This document shows positions 23,845 to 37,574 of a stretch of DNA of 64,000 nt, in pieces. The position numbers were made by a program, and so were the translations under genes. Position 1 is the first letter of the stretch; every line of letters starts with the position of its first letter. The stretch is from Mobula hypostoma (lineage: Eukaryota). The notes beneath the pieces were generated by a model. It ran no database searches. It saw nothing but the letters and a program-made list of their open reading frames with translations, and was not told where the DNA came from. The DNA lies in NCBI RefSeq assembly GCF_963921235.1, contig NC_086097.1, positions 33,358,001 to 33,422,000 on the forward strand. Reading direction: 5' to 3'.

Positions 23845-26800
23845 CAGCCTGTATGGGAAAATCAGGTTGGTGCTGGATCCCAAGAGAGAGAACTTGTAGA
23901 ATGCCTACGTGATGGCTTTTTAGAACAGCTTGTGATTGAGCCCACGAGGGGATCAGTTGTTTTGGATTGGGCGTTGTGAAATAAGCTGGATATGATTAGG
24001 GAGCTTAAGGTAAAGGAATCCATTGGAGACAATGATCATAATATATAGAAATCATCCTCAATTTGAGAGGGAGAAGCTGAAGTCAGATGTATCAGCATTA
24101 CAGTGGAGTAAAAGGAATTACAGAGGTATGAGAGAGGAGCTAGCCAAAGTTGATTAGAAGGGGGCAGAACACCAATGGCTGGAGTTGTTGGGAGCAACTC
24201 GGAAGGCGCAGTATAGGTACATCCAAAGAAGAAGTATTCTAAAGGCAGCATGACGCAACTGTGGCTGACAAGGGAAGTCAAAGACAACATAAAAGCAAAA
24301 GAAAGGGCATATAATAGAGCAAAAAGTAGTGGGAAGTTAAAGGATTGGGATATTTTTAAAAATCAGCAGATGATAAATAAAAATATCTTAAGAAGGAAAA
24401 GATGAAATATGAAGGTAAGCTAGCCAATAATATCAAAAAAGGACACCAATCTTTTTTTCTGATATATAAAGAATAAAAGATTTCAGACAACGGTAGTAGA
24501 ATCATTTCAAGCTTGTATAAGGGTTTGTCAAATCTTAAAACACATTCGACTTCATACATTAAAACAAAATGGGAGAAGGAAGGAGGGATAATAATATCTG
24601 AGGAAGAATGGACAATAACATGGAGGTATCGATGGAAGTGTACCAGTTCACAGAAATGGAGGGAGTTCGGATGGAAAAACTTGGTAAGATATTTTATTAC
24701 ACCCTCTCAGAAATCCCATTATGACAGTAACCTCCCTGTTTGCTGGAGAAATTGTGGAAATCAAAATGCAAATGCCCTGTTATCAAAGACTATTGGAGGG
24801 GGATACATAATACCCTACAAGACATCTTTAAATGTGTAATACCCGTAGAGAGTAAGACCATATATTTTGGGTATATACCTTAAGAATAGTTGAAAAGAGA
24901 TAAATATTTAATGAATATACTGCTAGTGGCTGGTAAAAAGACCCTCACCAGGAAATGGTTATCACAGGAGAGCCCAACTTTAAATGTATGGATGGAAATT
25001 GTAATGGACATTTACAAAATGGAGAAGATAACAGCATCTGTTAATCATAAGTTGGAACAATTTGATTCATACTGGGAAAAATGATTTAACTACATAACAC
25101 CTCATAGGCCTGATTTTTATTCTCACAAGTCAATGCATATGTTATAAAAAAAATCACTCCCTACTTTGTACATAGTTTTCTTCTTTTGATTGTTCTTGCT
25201 TTCCTCTCCTTTCTATAAGTGTATACCTCAGATAAATATTATGTGGAGATTTGTGACAAATATGATTATAAGATATATATGTACAGTATCTGAAATACAT
25301 CTTATGGAAATGTTTGTTTGATGATGAACTTCAATAAAAAATAAATTACAAAAAAAAAGAATAAAAGATAGGCAAAAGTAGATATTAGACCACTGGGAAA
25401 TGAAACTGGAGAGGTAGTAACAGGGGACAAGGAAACAGCGAATGCATTGAATAAGTGTGTTGTATCGAATAAGTGTGTTGCATCTATCTTCACTGTGGAA
25501 GACTAACAATATGCTGGAAGTTCGAGAGTGTCGGGAGCAGAAGTGAGTGCAGTTGCTATTACTAAGGAGAAGGTACTTGGGAAACTGAAAGGCTTGAAGA
25601 TACATACATCACCAGGACCAGACGGACTACACTGCAGGGTTCTAAAAGAGGTAATCGAAGAGATTGAGGAGGTATTGGTAAGAACTTTTAAGGATCACTA
25701 CATTCTGGCATAGTAGGTTGTGTCTAACCAATCTTAAAGAGTTTTTCGAGGAAGTTACCAGGAAAGTTGATGAAGGCAAGGCAGTTGATATTGTATATAT
25801 GGACTTCAGCAAGGCATTTGACAAGGTCCTGCATGGGATGTTGGTCAAGAAGGTTCAGTCAGTTGGTATTTCAGATGAGGTAGTAAATTGGATTAGACAT
25901 TGGCTTTGTGAGAAAAGTAAATGGTTGCCTCTCTGACAGGAGGCATATGACCAGTGGAGTGCTGCAGGGATTGGTGCCAGGTCTGTTTGTCATTTATATC
26001 AACAATCTGGATGATAATCTGGTTAACTGGATCAGCAAATTTGTAGAGGACACCATGATTGGGAGTGCAATGGACAGCAAGGAAGACTATCAGAGCTTGC
26101 ACCGCATCTAGACCAGCTGAAAAATGGCAGATGGAATTTAATGCAAAGAAGTGCAAGGTGTTGCACTTCAGTAGGACCAGCCAGAATTAGTCTCACACAG
26201 TTAATGGTAGAGCACTGAGGAGTGTGGTAGAACAAAGGGATCTGGGAATACAGGTCTATAATTCATTGAAGTGGTGTCACAGGTAGATAGGGTCGTAAAG
26301 AAAGCTTTTGCCACATTGGTCTTTATTAATCAAAGTATTGAGTACATGGGGATTGAATATTATGTTGCAGTTGTCTAAGACACTGGTGAGGCCTAATTGG
26401 GTGCAGTTTTGGTCACCTACCTAAAGAAAAGATGTAAGTAAGGTTGAAATGGTATAGAGAAAATTTATAAGGACATTGCTTGGACTGGACGATCTGAATT
26501 GATAGAGGTATACAACATTTTGAGCAGTTATAGATAGGGTAAATGCAAGCAGGCTTTTTCCCAATGAGACTGGATAGGACTACAACTACAGATCGTAGGT
26601 TAAGAGTGAAAGGTTAAATGTTTAAGCGAAAAATGAGCGGAAACTTCAGAGGATGGTGAGGGTGGAATGAGCTATCTGCGCAAGTGTAGGATATGATTTC
26701 AATTTCAATGTTTCAGAGAAGTTTGGAAAGGTACATGGATCATAGGGGTATGGAGGGCTAATACCATGGTACAGGTTGATGGGAGTAGACAGCTTAAATG

Positions 26801-26850
26801 GTTCAGCACAGACTAGGTGAGCCAAAGAGCCTGTTTCTGCGCTATGACAT
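23845..26850 (+). mobile_element. CR1 ORF2 fragments (two subfamilies), interrupted by L1
   Basis: ELVECLRDGFLEQLVIEPTRG, SPGPDGLH, CLTNLKEFFEEVT..DFSKAFDKV remnants. Confidence 0.82.
24482..25355 (+). mobile_element. L1-clade LINE, 5'-truncated 3' end with poly(A) tail
   Basis: ORF2 C-terminus (KWEKE..ISEEEW...CWRNCG zinc knuckle), AATAAA at 25333-25338 and an A-rich tail. TSD aaagaataaaagat at 24468-24481 and 25356-25369. Interrupts a CR1. Confidence 0.88.
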
Positions 26851-27584
26851 GGCCCAATACCCTTGATACAATACACACCAGGTGCCAGTGCTGTGAAATA
26901 GAGGCATCATTTGTGGTATCTTTACTGACACCTAGTTGTACATGAAGGCATATGGAAAGGATGTTTCCAATAGTGGGACAGTGTTGGACCAGAAGGCACA
27001 CGCTCAGAATACAAGGGTGTCCCTTTAGAGTTTAGACAGGGATAAGGAGAAATTTCATTAGCTAGAGGGCAGTGAATCTATGGAATACATTGCCGTAGTC
27101 AGTTGTGGAGGACAAGTCATTGGGTATATTTAAAGCAGAGGTTGATAGGTTCTTGATCAGTAAAGGTGCCTTAAGATTATAGTGAGGAGGAGGAGAATGG
27201 GGTTGACCTTGCACTTTATTGTCTACCTGCAATGCACTTTCTCTATAGCTGCTTCATTTTATTCTGCATTCTGTTATTGCTTACCCTCAATGCACTGTTG
27301 TAATGAATTGATCTACATGAACAATGTGCAAGACAAGTTTTCACAGTACCTCAGTACATGTGATGATAAACTAATTTACCAATTTATATTTCTCATAAGG
27401 CAGCCAAATGACTGTGTGCTTACTGCACATTGGTAAAAGTGACTGCATAGCTGTGCGGTTCTCATAACAAAACACCCATGGGAGTCCTTCACCCAGAGAG
27501 CATGTGCGTACCGAGGTGTAAACAGGCCAACTGTGATGGATAGGTGGATGCCATTTCACCAATAGTAAACAGAGCACTCTGTAA

Positions 27585-29315
27585 GTTACTCCTGCAAGCA
27601 GGACAAGTGCTACACCTGCCCCTACACCATAAGACATAGGAGCAGAATTAGGCCAATCGGCCCATTGAGTCTGCTTCACCATTCCATGATGGCTGATTTA
27701 TTAACCCACTCAACTCCATTCTCCTGCCTTCTCCCCGTAACCTTTGACGGCCTGATTAATCAAGAACCTATCGATCTTTGCCTTAAATATACCCAATGAC
27801 TGCACAGCCATCTGCGGCAATGAATTCCACAGATTCACCACCCTCTAGCTAAAGAAATTTTTCCTCATCTCTGTTCTAAATGGACTTCCCTCAATTCTGA
27901 GGCTGCGCCCTCTGTTCCTAAGCTCCTGCACTATAGGAAACATCCTCTCCATATGCACTCTGTGTAGGCCTTCCCAATTTTCAATAGGTTTCAAAGAAAT
28001 CTATCCTCATTCTTCTAAGCTCTGTGTTCTAAACCCTAAGGTGCTGTCTGGCCCATGCCTTATAAAGCTTCAGCCTTGCCTTTGTATTCTAGTCATCACA
28101 AAATGAATTCTAACATTGTATTTGCCTTCCTTACTACTGACTCAAACTGCATGTTAACCTTTAGGGAATCCTGCACGAGGACTCCCATGTCCCTTTGCAA
28201 CACTGAATTTTGAATTTTCTCCCCATTTAGAAAATAGTCCACACAGTTATTCCTTCTACCAAAGTGCAAGACCATGCACTTCTTTGCACGATGTTCCATC
28301 TGGCATTTCTTTGCCCAATTTGTCTAAGTTCTTCTGCAGACAGTCTGCTTCCTCAACACTACCTGCTCCTCCACCTGTCTTTGTATCGTACGCAAACTTG
28401 GCCGTAAAGTCATCAATTCCTTCACCCAAATCATTGACATATTACGTGAAAAAGTAGTCCCAACACCAACCCCTGTGGATCACCACTCTTCACCCGCAGC
28501 CAAGCGGAAAAGCCCACCCTATTCCCACTCTTTGCCTCCTGCCAAATGCTCTATCCATGCTCGTATCTTTCCTGTAATACCATGGGCTCTTATCTTGTTT
28601 AACAGACTCATGTGCATCACCTTGTCAAAGGCCTCCTGAAAATCCAAATTAAACAACATCCACTGACTCCCCTTTGTCTATCCTCCCTGCTTTCTCACCT
28701 CCTGCATCACTACCATTCAGGGCCCTGAACAGTCCTTCCAGGTGAGCTGATACTTCAACTGCGAGCCTGTGGGGGCTGGTGTGTGGTCTCCTCTACAGCT
28801 TTGGACAGAACTCTGTTTGGGGGTGAGGGAGAACAAAAACTTAGTAATCATTTATATTGGTGAGATCTAATGTAGATTGGGAGATCACTTTGTCAAGTGC
28901 CTTCGCTCTGTCCACCAAAAGAGGAAGTTTTTCCCAGTGGCCACTGCCCATTTCAATTCAACTTCCCATTCCCATTCCAACATGTCGGTCCAGTGCATCA
29001 TCTACTGTCACAATAAGGCCACTCTCAGGCTGAAGGAGCAGCACCTCATATTCCATCTGGATAGCCTCCAACCTTCTAGCACGAACATAGATTTCTCTAA
29101 CCTCTAATAATTTCTCCTCCTTCCCTCCTACTCCTTGCATCTCCCCCACCTTCCTAGTCTGATTTTTGCCCCCTTTCTTTCAGTCCTGAGGGAGGCTCTC
29201 AACCCAAAACCTTGACTGTTCATTCCCCTCCATAGATGTTGCCTGACCTGCTGAATTCCTCAGGTGTTGTGAGTGTGTTGCTCTGGATTTCCAGCATCTG
29301 CAGAATCTCTTGTAC
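27585..29315 (+). mobile_element. Older Penelope-like element fragment (Cys linker, GIY-YIG, 3' end), split by a CR1 insertion
   Basis: Linker tgcaagcaggacaagtgctacacctgcccctacacc at about 27590-27627 resumes at about 28695. ORF 28877-29107 gives GDHFVKCLRSVHQKRKFFPVATAHFNSTSHSHSNM. Degenerate terminus at about 29180-29315. Confidence 0.8.
27628..28685 (-). mobile_element. CR1 LINE 3' fragment inserted in an older PLE
   Basis: CR1 tail and ORF2 remnant KCMVLHFGRRN. Confidence 0.82.
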
Positions 29316-31004
29316 TGTACTGATAGTTTATAACACTGCAGCATACAGCAAGGGTGCTTCCTTCCCTCAGGGTAAAGGTGATGAAATGGGGACCCTGGAA
29401 CAGTGGTCAATCACAGTGGAAGATTGGCAGATCTCCAGGGAACTGATCCTTAAAGATAAAATGTTACATTTTTTGGAGGGAGTTAGACTGAGGAGGAGGT
29501 TAGTACCAAAGGAAGAGGATGTAACTTGTAGGCCATCACAGCTGGGTCCCTCCAGAGTGTTTGGTATCTGAGCCATCTAACTGTGTGGTGCTCGAGCTTG
29601 TTTATTGCTGTTTATTGGCGTCTATTTCAAGGGGAGGGGATCTCTGCCTCAGCTGCTGAGATTTGGCGGAGGAAAGCAGGGGTTCGTGGGTGGTTATACT
29701 GTCCAATTTAGCCTTAGGTCTTTTGTACTCCTTTGTCTCTCGGGCCCTGTGAACCAATCCACAGAGGGCAAACAGTACTTCCGCCTGTGGATCCTGAACA
29801 TCCATTCCCTGAGCTGGTAGACCCACCTTCCCCTCCCTCCTACAGAGCCTGACACAGGGGCACCCACACCCATAACTGCCGGCACCGTTTGTCTAAGGCT
29901 CCCAAGGAATCTCCCCCTCCTGTTTCACTTTGTTTTGCTCCAGGTTTTCTGCTGATGTTTCTCTTTTTCCCACACTCGGGCCCAGCCACACTGACAAAAC
30001 CACAAAAATGCGGAGAAGTTTAAGCACTCAATAGAAATTTGATTCCAGTTCTACTGAATAAACACTCAGTGTGCCAGGGCCAGCTAGCGAGCAGCGGTCC
30101 TGACAGTTAACTCCCTAAACATTAACATGCACTAATCGACCCGCACATTAACCCTCTGTTAGATTTACCTCATATATCAACGCTCCTGCGCTTTATCCCT
30201 CCGATACAGCTATATTCTCTACATCAACCCCTCTATATTCATAGGACTGCACAGTAGCATAACACTTTACAGTGCCAGCAAATCCCTCCACTATCTGTCA
30301 GGAGTTTGTACGTTCCCCCTGTGACCATGTGAGTTTCTTTCAGGTACTCTGGTTTCCTCCCACATTCCAAAGACATACATGTTAGGGTAGTAAGTTGTGG
30401 GCATGTTATGTTGGTGCCAAAAGTCTGGCAACAGTTACGGGCTGCCCCCAGCACATCCTCAGACTGTGTTGACTCATGTACTTATCCAGACTTCCCAGGG
30501 AATTGAGTGTGTGTTTAACTCAGCACTGGATTTAATAGGATAACATACCACTGTTATTTGTTTTTTTTTACGTAAAAGAGTTTAGTAAATATACTGGTGG
30601 ACTGTGGTTTTCCAACCAAAATCTAGGAAAGTTCTTACATCTGCTTGTTTCAGAGTTGATGGAGGGATGCAGACCGGCCAGCCACCCTTGGATTCAGCAT
30701 GGGGGAACAAGGCAGCAAATTACAAACACAAGAAATCCTGCAGATGCTGGAAATCTTGAGCAACACACAGAAAATGCTGGAGGAATTCCTGATGAAGGAT
30801 CTTGGCCCAAAACGTTGACTGTTTATTCCCCTCAATAGATACTGCCTGACCTGCTGAGTTCCTCCAGCATTGTGTGTGTGTATGTGTGTTGCAGGAATTT
30901 AGGGAAATGTTCCACAGACTGCTCAGACCCCCCTCAGGTTCCTGCCACTCACTGATGCCCACTGAAGATGTTGGGGGTCTTGAAGGCTTTATGATGATTG
31001 CCTG

Positions 31005-31380
31005 CGTCCCTGGGGTCCTGGTGTGAGAGTGATGTGTATTGAGGATGTGGGAGGATGGGGGGATGGGATGATATCCCTGGATCTTGGGGTGAGAATGATG
31101 TTTACAGCGGTATAAGAATGGGAAAAGTCCCAGAGAGTGACCATGTTGTCCCTAGATCTTGGGGTGACAGTGACATGCAGTGAGGGTGTGGGAATGAAGG
31201 ACGTCTCAGAAGGTGACGGTGATGTTGCTGAATCCTGGGGCGAGAGTGTCATGTATAGAAGGTGTGGAGGATGGGGGCTGGTATCTCTGATCCTGAGGTG
31301 AGAGTGACATTATTTAAGAGAATGGGGAGAAACGGGGTTACGACTGCATCGAGGGGTGAGAATGACTTGTACTGAGGTGT
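31005..31380. repeat. Degenerate tandem repeat with a unit of roughly 55-65 bp
   Basis: Recurring atcctggggtgagagtgacatgt..tgagggtgtgggaggatgggg. Confidence 0.6.
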
Positions 31381-31497
31381 GACAAAGTTACCCGAGTCCT
31401 CTATTGAGCAGTGGCTTAGCTTTCAGTGACTGTGTGGGTGACTGGATCAGTCCTGATGAAGGGTCTTGATCTTAAATATCAGCTATACTTCTCTGTC

Positions 31498-31703
31498 GGC
31501 TGGAGGTGTAGTGGCATCAGCACTGGATTTCAAGTAGATGATCCTGACTACAAACCCAGCCAGGTCCCAACCTGGGCAGCAGCAGTATCTGTGCGGAATA
31601 GGCTCGGTAGTCTACTTCCTTATCTTGCCATGAAAACCCTATAGACTCTATGGTCCATGAGGTCATGAAGGATCGGACTCGACTGAACAACAACAAACAA
31701 CAA
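31498..31703 (+). mobile_element. tRNA-headed SINE with RTE/BovB-type 3' tail
   Basis: Head ggctggaggtgtagtgg and tail gtccatgaggtcatgaaggatcggactcgactgaa(caa)n. Perfect 13-bp TSD atacttctctgtc at 31485-31497 and 31704-31716. Confidence 0.83.
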
Positions 31704-34700
31704 ATACTTCTCTGTCCACAGATCTCCCAGACCCTCTGAGTTAGAGTTGTACAACTCAGAAAAAGGCCCATTTGTGTCCGTGCTGACCAAGGTGTATATT
31801 GAAGCTAATCCCATTTCCCAACACTCGGCCCATATCCCTCTAAACTCTTGTCATCCACACACCTATCCACACTGTTCTTAAATATACCTATTGCACCTTC
31901 CTCAGCCGTTCCCTCAGGCAGCCAGAGCCTCCACTTCTGGTATGTTCTCCAATCAGCTTAATCTGTCCTCAGAGGACAAAGTTACCATTCCAGGAGTCAG
32001 ACGGGGAAAGTTTCACTGTACTTTTGTCAAGTATATCTTTCCTTATACAGGGAATCAAGATTATACCCAGAATTCCAAATATGTTTCCAAAGTTCTATTG
32101 ATTTATAACACGATGTGTCTGATCTTCTACTTAGATCACCTTGTAATAATGTCCAATAGGTTTGCCTTCCTGAATCAGCATTATAAGCTCCAATGGTTCG
32201 TGTAGAAGGACACCCACATTGCTTCAATCTGAGGCTTTTTGACAGAGCTGGAAGAACTGGGAGCTTGGAGAGGAAAGATAATGAGTTTAAAGACCATACC
32301 TATAACACCACGAGTAAGGTTGCTCAAACAAGGTTTTCCTTTCAAATTACATTCTGGCTGTTTATGGGTATAATGTCCATTTCCGGATGCTCTTCTTCCC
32401 TTGGGATTCCGTCATTTTCCCTGTCATTATTGTTGCACTGTCTGGTGTGTAGTTCCCCGGGTACATGGCGAGGTCCGCCTGCCTATCCAGGTTACCGTTA
32501 AAGACCCCACAGAGCTTTGGAGTGCCTACGCAATCCTGGGCCGTTATTTGTTGCTCAGCCAGCAGCACCATAAAACCCTGCATTGGCAGGCAAGTTCCTT
32601 CTGTTGGTGGGATCAGGCAGCATAAAATGGGCTTCCTCTTTTACTCCTTTCCAGAGGTATATCTTTTAATGGTTTTGCGATGCAGAGGTTTGGAAGTCAA
32701 GAATAAGGCATAAAACTTGTTGCTTATGGCTGTCTCATTAAGTGATGCAAGAACATAGAACAACACAGCACAGGCCTTTGGCCCACAATGTTGTGCCGTC
32801 CCTTTAACCTACTCCAAGAACAATCTAATATAAAGAACAAACAGAAAGAGTTGAGGACAAAGAATTCATGGTCGTGCTCTGGAAAACCAGCTGTGACTGA
32901 AATGTTAACATTCCAGTGATAACAATTAATCTAGAATAGACAGCTTCAAGTAGTATGATACCTGCTGAAGAAATAACATCTAAGAAGCTTCTAGAAAAAT
33001 ACAGAAGCAGCTATACCACAATTACTAGAAAATTTGCCGAACATATATAGGTGATTATATAAACATATAAGCAAGCATATGAAAGTAAAACTACAAGGAA
33101 ATTGACAATTCTACACCTGAATCCAACAAAACGTGTGATGAGAGAGTATTTCTAAGTCCCAGTCTCTCCTTTCATGTTGCTTCTGAGCTGAATGAAACAT
33201 AAATGGGACTGGTGTTTCTGGTCCCAGACCAGCAGAAGAAAGGCTTCCCTTGTCTGTTTCAGTGGGAAGGTGAGAGAGAATGCAGAGACTGACTGTGACA
33301 GGAGCTGCACATTGGATGGGCACAGACCAGCGCAAAGTTCAGAATAAGTCTTCAAGTAACACATTAATTCACATTACTAAGCCTGAAAATAGTAGAGCAA
33401 AGCCCAGGGGAACCATCTCCTTCTCCAGATTGCACTCCTGAACTGGAATTACTGCACCCTCCCTGTAAAATATATTTAACATCCAGCTGCTTGCTGGGCC
33501 CTGTCACACAGGCTGCGATAGTGGGCTTTCTCTCACATCTTCCTTCACATGCCTGCTTGTTTTTGTGTTCACACTTAAAACAAATATTGTGCTCAGTTCT
33601 GGTCACCTCATTATAAGAAGTGTATATCAGATCGATTGCGGGGATGTGGCAGTTGTGCACGTGACCATTTGATGATACAGTAAATCGATTGGGCTTCCCA
33701 TGTGCGGGAGTCTCTCACTTTTGGGTGCTGGCTTTCAAGTGCACATGTCTTTGTTTCGGAGAGGTCACTGTAGCTCTGCGCATACATAACAAGAAGGGTG
33801 TGGAAGCTTTAGGCAGGGTGCAGAGAAGATTTACCAGGATGCTGCCTGGATTAGAGAGCGTGTAACATATACAAAATGCTGGAGGAACTCAGCAGGTCAG
33901 GCAGCATCTATGGATGGGAATAAACAGTTGATGCTTCAAGCCAAGAATCTTCATCAAACAGGATAGTTGAGCAAGCTAGGATTTTTCTGTTTGTAGCAAA
34001 GGAGGATGAGAGGTGAATTGATAGAGGTATACAAGATGATAAGAGGCATGGAACATGTGGACAGCTAGAGACTTTTAACTAGGTCAGTAATGGCCAGTAC
34101 AAGGGGTCATACATTTAAGATGATTGGAGGAAAGTATGGGCGGGGGGGGGTGTCAGAAGTAAGTTTTTTTTTACACACAGAGCGGTAAGTGCATAGAATA
34201 CACTACCATGAGTGGTAGAAGTTTCTTGGATGATAGAAAAATAGAGGGCTATGTGGGAGGGAAGGGTTAGTTTGATCTTAGAGTAGGTTACAAGGTTGGC
34301 ACTACATCGTGGGCTGAAGGGCCTGTATTGTGCTGTAATGTTCTATGTTCCATGTGTTCTATGTAACATAGAATATTGCTGTACGGTACTGGCCCTTCAG
34401 CTCATGATGTTGTGCCTACCTTTTATGTATGTGGAGGTGGGCATGAAGTGAAGCTGCTTGTTCTTTTCTTTCAGGGTGACTGCCTTTGATGGCCGTCAGT
34501 CAGGGGCTCCACGGATGTACTCAGCCGAGTTGACCCTCCCCAGCAATACAGGTGAGACACTTGTTGTAAGTGAGAACCCCAAATACTGCAAACACTGAGA
34601 ATCTGAAAACACTCAGCAGGTCAGACAGCGTCCATGGGCAGATACATAGTTAATGCTTCAGGTCTGGAGATTCAGCTGTGTCCTCAGTTGGAGCACCAGA

Positions 34701-36089
34701 GCCAAAGGAACAGCATTATTAATGTCACATTAAAGATTAAAGATTATCTTTATTTGTCATGTGTACATCGAAAATCAAAAGATATTGTGAAATGTGTTAT
34801 TTGCATCAACAACCAACATGGTCCAAGGATGTGCTGGGGGCAGCCCGCAAGTGTTGCCATGCTTCCGGCATTAACATGGTATGACGACAACTTAGTAACC
34901 CTAACCTGTACAGAACGTCTTTGGAATGTGAGAACAAGCCCATGCGGAAGCACCCAGAGGAAAACCATGTGATCACAGGAAGAACATGAAAACTCCTTAC
35001 AGACAGCAGCAGGAACTGAGCCCTGAATGCCCGTGCTGTAGAGTGTTGTGCTGGCTGCCATGCTACCATCTCACCCTTTGGCATTAGAGGGGAGATTGAC
35101 AGTCAGGAAGAGCAAAGGGCGAGGAGAGAGTAATTGACAGGGTAAAATGGTTGTAACAAGAGAGAGAGGGGGATTCCAGAAGGATAGGGAGGTGGCATGG
35201 AGGGAAGTGTAGTGAGATGCAGAGAGAAAGTGAGGGTTTGAGGGAGGGAGGATGAGACAGAGGAGAGGTGAGACAGGGGAAAACTATGGGCTTCCTTCCC
35301 GAAGTTGGTTTGGTTTGACCATGTTCTTACAGTTTACCATTCACTTTAGAGAATACAACTTACCACTCATCAGGAAAGTATAGAAACTCTTTATCATGAG
35401 GAGTTTAGAGTAAGATGGGTGACATTGGCCAGGTTCAAGAACTGAATGAAGGGAACAGCTGTGCATCTGTACAGTGGCCCTGCAATTGGGAGCAGTGAAG
35501 CAAAGGTAGAAAAGGAGGATGATGCAAGCTACAGAGAAGAGTGTTAGCTTGTGCTACTGGATAGTATATTCACGAGATTCCAGCATGCCCACCTCAACAA
35601 CTGCCCCACTGAGCAGCTGATTGGATGAAATGGGAGCAGGTTTTTTTCTATCTACAACCACTAAAAGAAAATGTTCAGAAGTGAGAATCATTGAACCATG
35701 TATGGGACAGTGCAAGAGGGAGGCTGTGCACTTTCACCTGTGCCAGCTCTGACTGTGCCCTACGGTCGGACCCCAGCCCCGGGCACATGGGGCTGGGCTG
35801 AGAGCTGTAGAAATAGCCAGTGAGATGACTGTTCTGACCAATGGGATGGAGACAAGGTCTAAAGTCTGTCCCTGAGGTTGGGAGCCATCCATTCCACTCA
35901 GCCGTGGGAGTGCGTGTGTGGGCAGTTAGTGACAGGCAGTGATGCCAGTGGGTTTTGACTTTACCAGGATGGTCTGCCCCAGAACTGCTGGGCAAACATC
36001 AGAGGAATAGGCGAAGAGTTGTCGCAGATGGAGCATATTCTATATGGGACTCCTGCTCTTCATGATTCTTATAAATCACTTGGCTGAGG

Positions 36090-36970
36090 AAATGGAAGGA
36101 TGGGTTAGTAAGTATATAGATGGCACAAAGGTTGGTGGAGTTGTGGATAGTTCTGGTTGTCATGGATTACAACAGGACATTGACAGGATGTAGAGCTGTG
36201 CTGAGATGGTGTTCAATCTGGAAAAGTGTGAAGTGATTCACTTTGGAATGCCAAATTTGAAGGCAGAATACAAAGTTAATGGTAGGATTCTTGGTAATGT
36301 GGAGGAACAGAGGAGTCCACATCTATAGATCCCTCAAGGTTGCCTTGCAAGTTGATAGAGTGGTTAAGAATGTGTATGGTGTGTTGGCCATCATTTGTCA
36401 GGGGATTAAGTTCAAGAGCCCCAAGGTAATGTTGCATCTCTCTAAACAGTGGATAGATCACACCTAGAGTATTATGTTCAGTTCTGATTGCCTTATTATA
36501 GGAGGGATATGGAAAGTTTAGAGAGGGTACAGAGAAGATTTACCAGGATGCTGCTTGGACCAGAAGGCATGCCTTCAGAAAAAAGGTTAAGCAAGCTAGG
36601 GCTTTTGCATTTGGAGTGAAGGAGGATGAAAGGTGACTTGATAGAGATGTACAAGATGTAAGAGGCACAGATAGAGTGGATAGTCAGAGACTTTTTAGCT
36701 AAGAGAAATAGCTTAAATGAGAGGGCATAGTTTTAAGGTGATTAGAGGAAAGCATAAGGGGGGATGTTAGAGAGAGGCGGGTACATGAAACACCCTGTTG
36801 TTGGTGGTGGTAGAGGCAAGTACATTAGGGATACTTAAGAGACTATTAGAAAGAAAAGTGGAGGGCTATGTGTGAGGGAAAAGTTAGATTGATCTTAGAG
36901 TAGCTTAAAAGGTTGGCACAACATAATGGGCCAAAAGGCCTGTACTGTAATGTACTGTTCAATGTTCTAC
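36090..36970 (+). mobile_element. CR1 LINE 3' fragment
   Basis: Decayed copy of the subfamily at 46452-47634; similar pieces at about 33785-34360 and 61785-62225. Confidence 0.78.
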
Positions 36971-37574
36971 ATTCAATGGGACATCAGTGGATGAGAACAG
37001 CATTCAATGAGGGGCCTAATGGGATATTAGTGGGAAGGGAGCTGGTGAGGGACTATCCCTTGGGACATGAGTGGGGGTTTGAGAGTGTCTGATGCACCAT
37101 GTCAGGCACTGAAGAGGGTGAGGGGGTAAATGGTCAGGCTGCCACTGCCACTATGTATTGGGTGTGAATATTTTCAGTCCCGCAGCAAAAGGAAACCTGC
37201 TTTTGTCCACTGTCGATCCCCCAGCATCCCAAACAATCTCAGTGTTCACGTGCCTATGGGTGACCAGGGCTTATATCAACTGAGGGCCTGTAGATTAATC
37301 TTCAGCGCTCTGTAGGTTTAGCAGCCCAGTGTTTGCCGTGAGATGGATAGGCAGTTGAAGGAGGCCCTGTGTGAATAACTCTTTATTACACAGTGGAAAC
37401 ATGATTGGATTAACAAGGGTGTTGTAAGTTCATGCTCTGATAATGAAGGGCTTCACTGTGTGTCATAGGTGGTGCAACCATTTCAGTTCAATTTTGTATT
37501 TCCATTCAGACATGTCTGTCCATGGCATCGTTGACTATCATGGTGAGGCCTGTCTTGGGTTAGGGGAGAGTATT

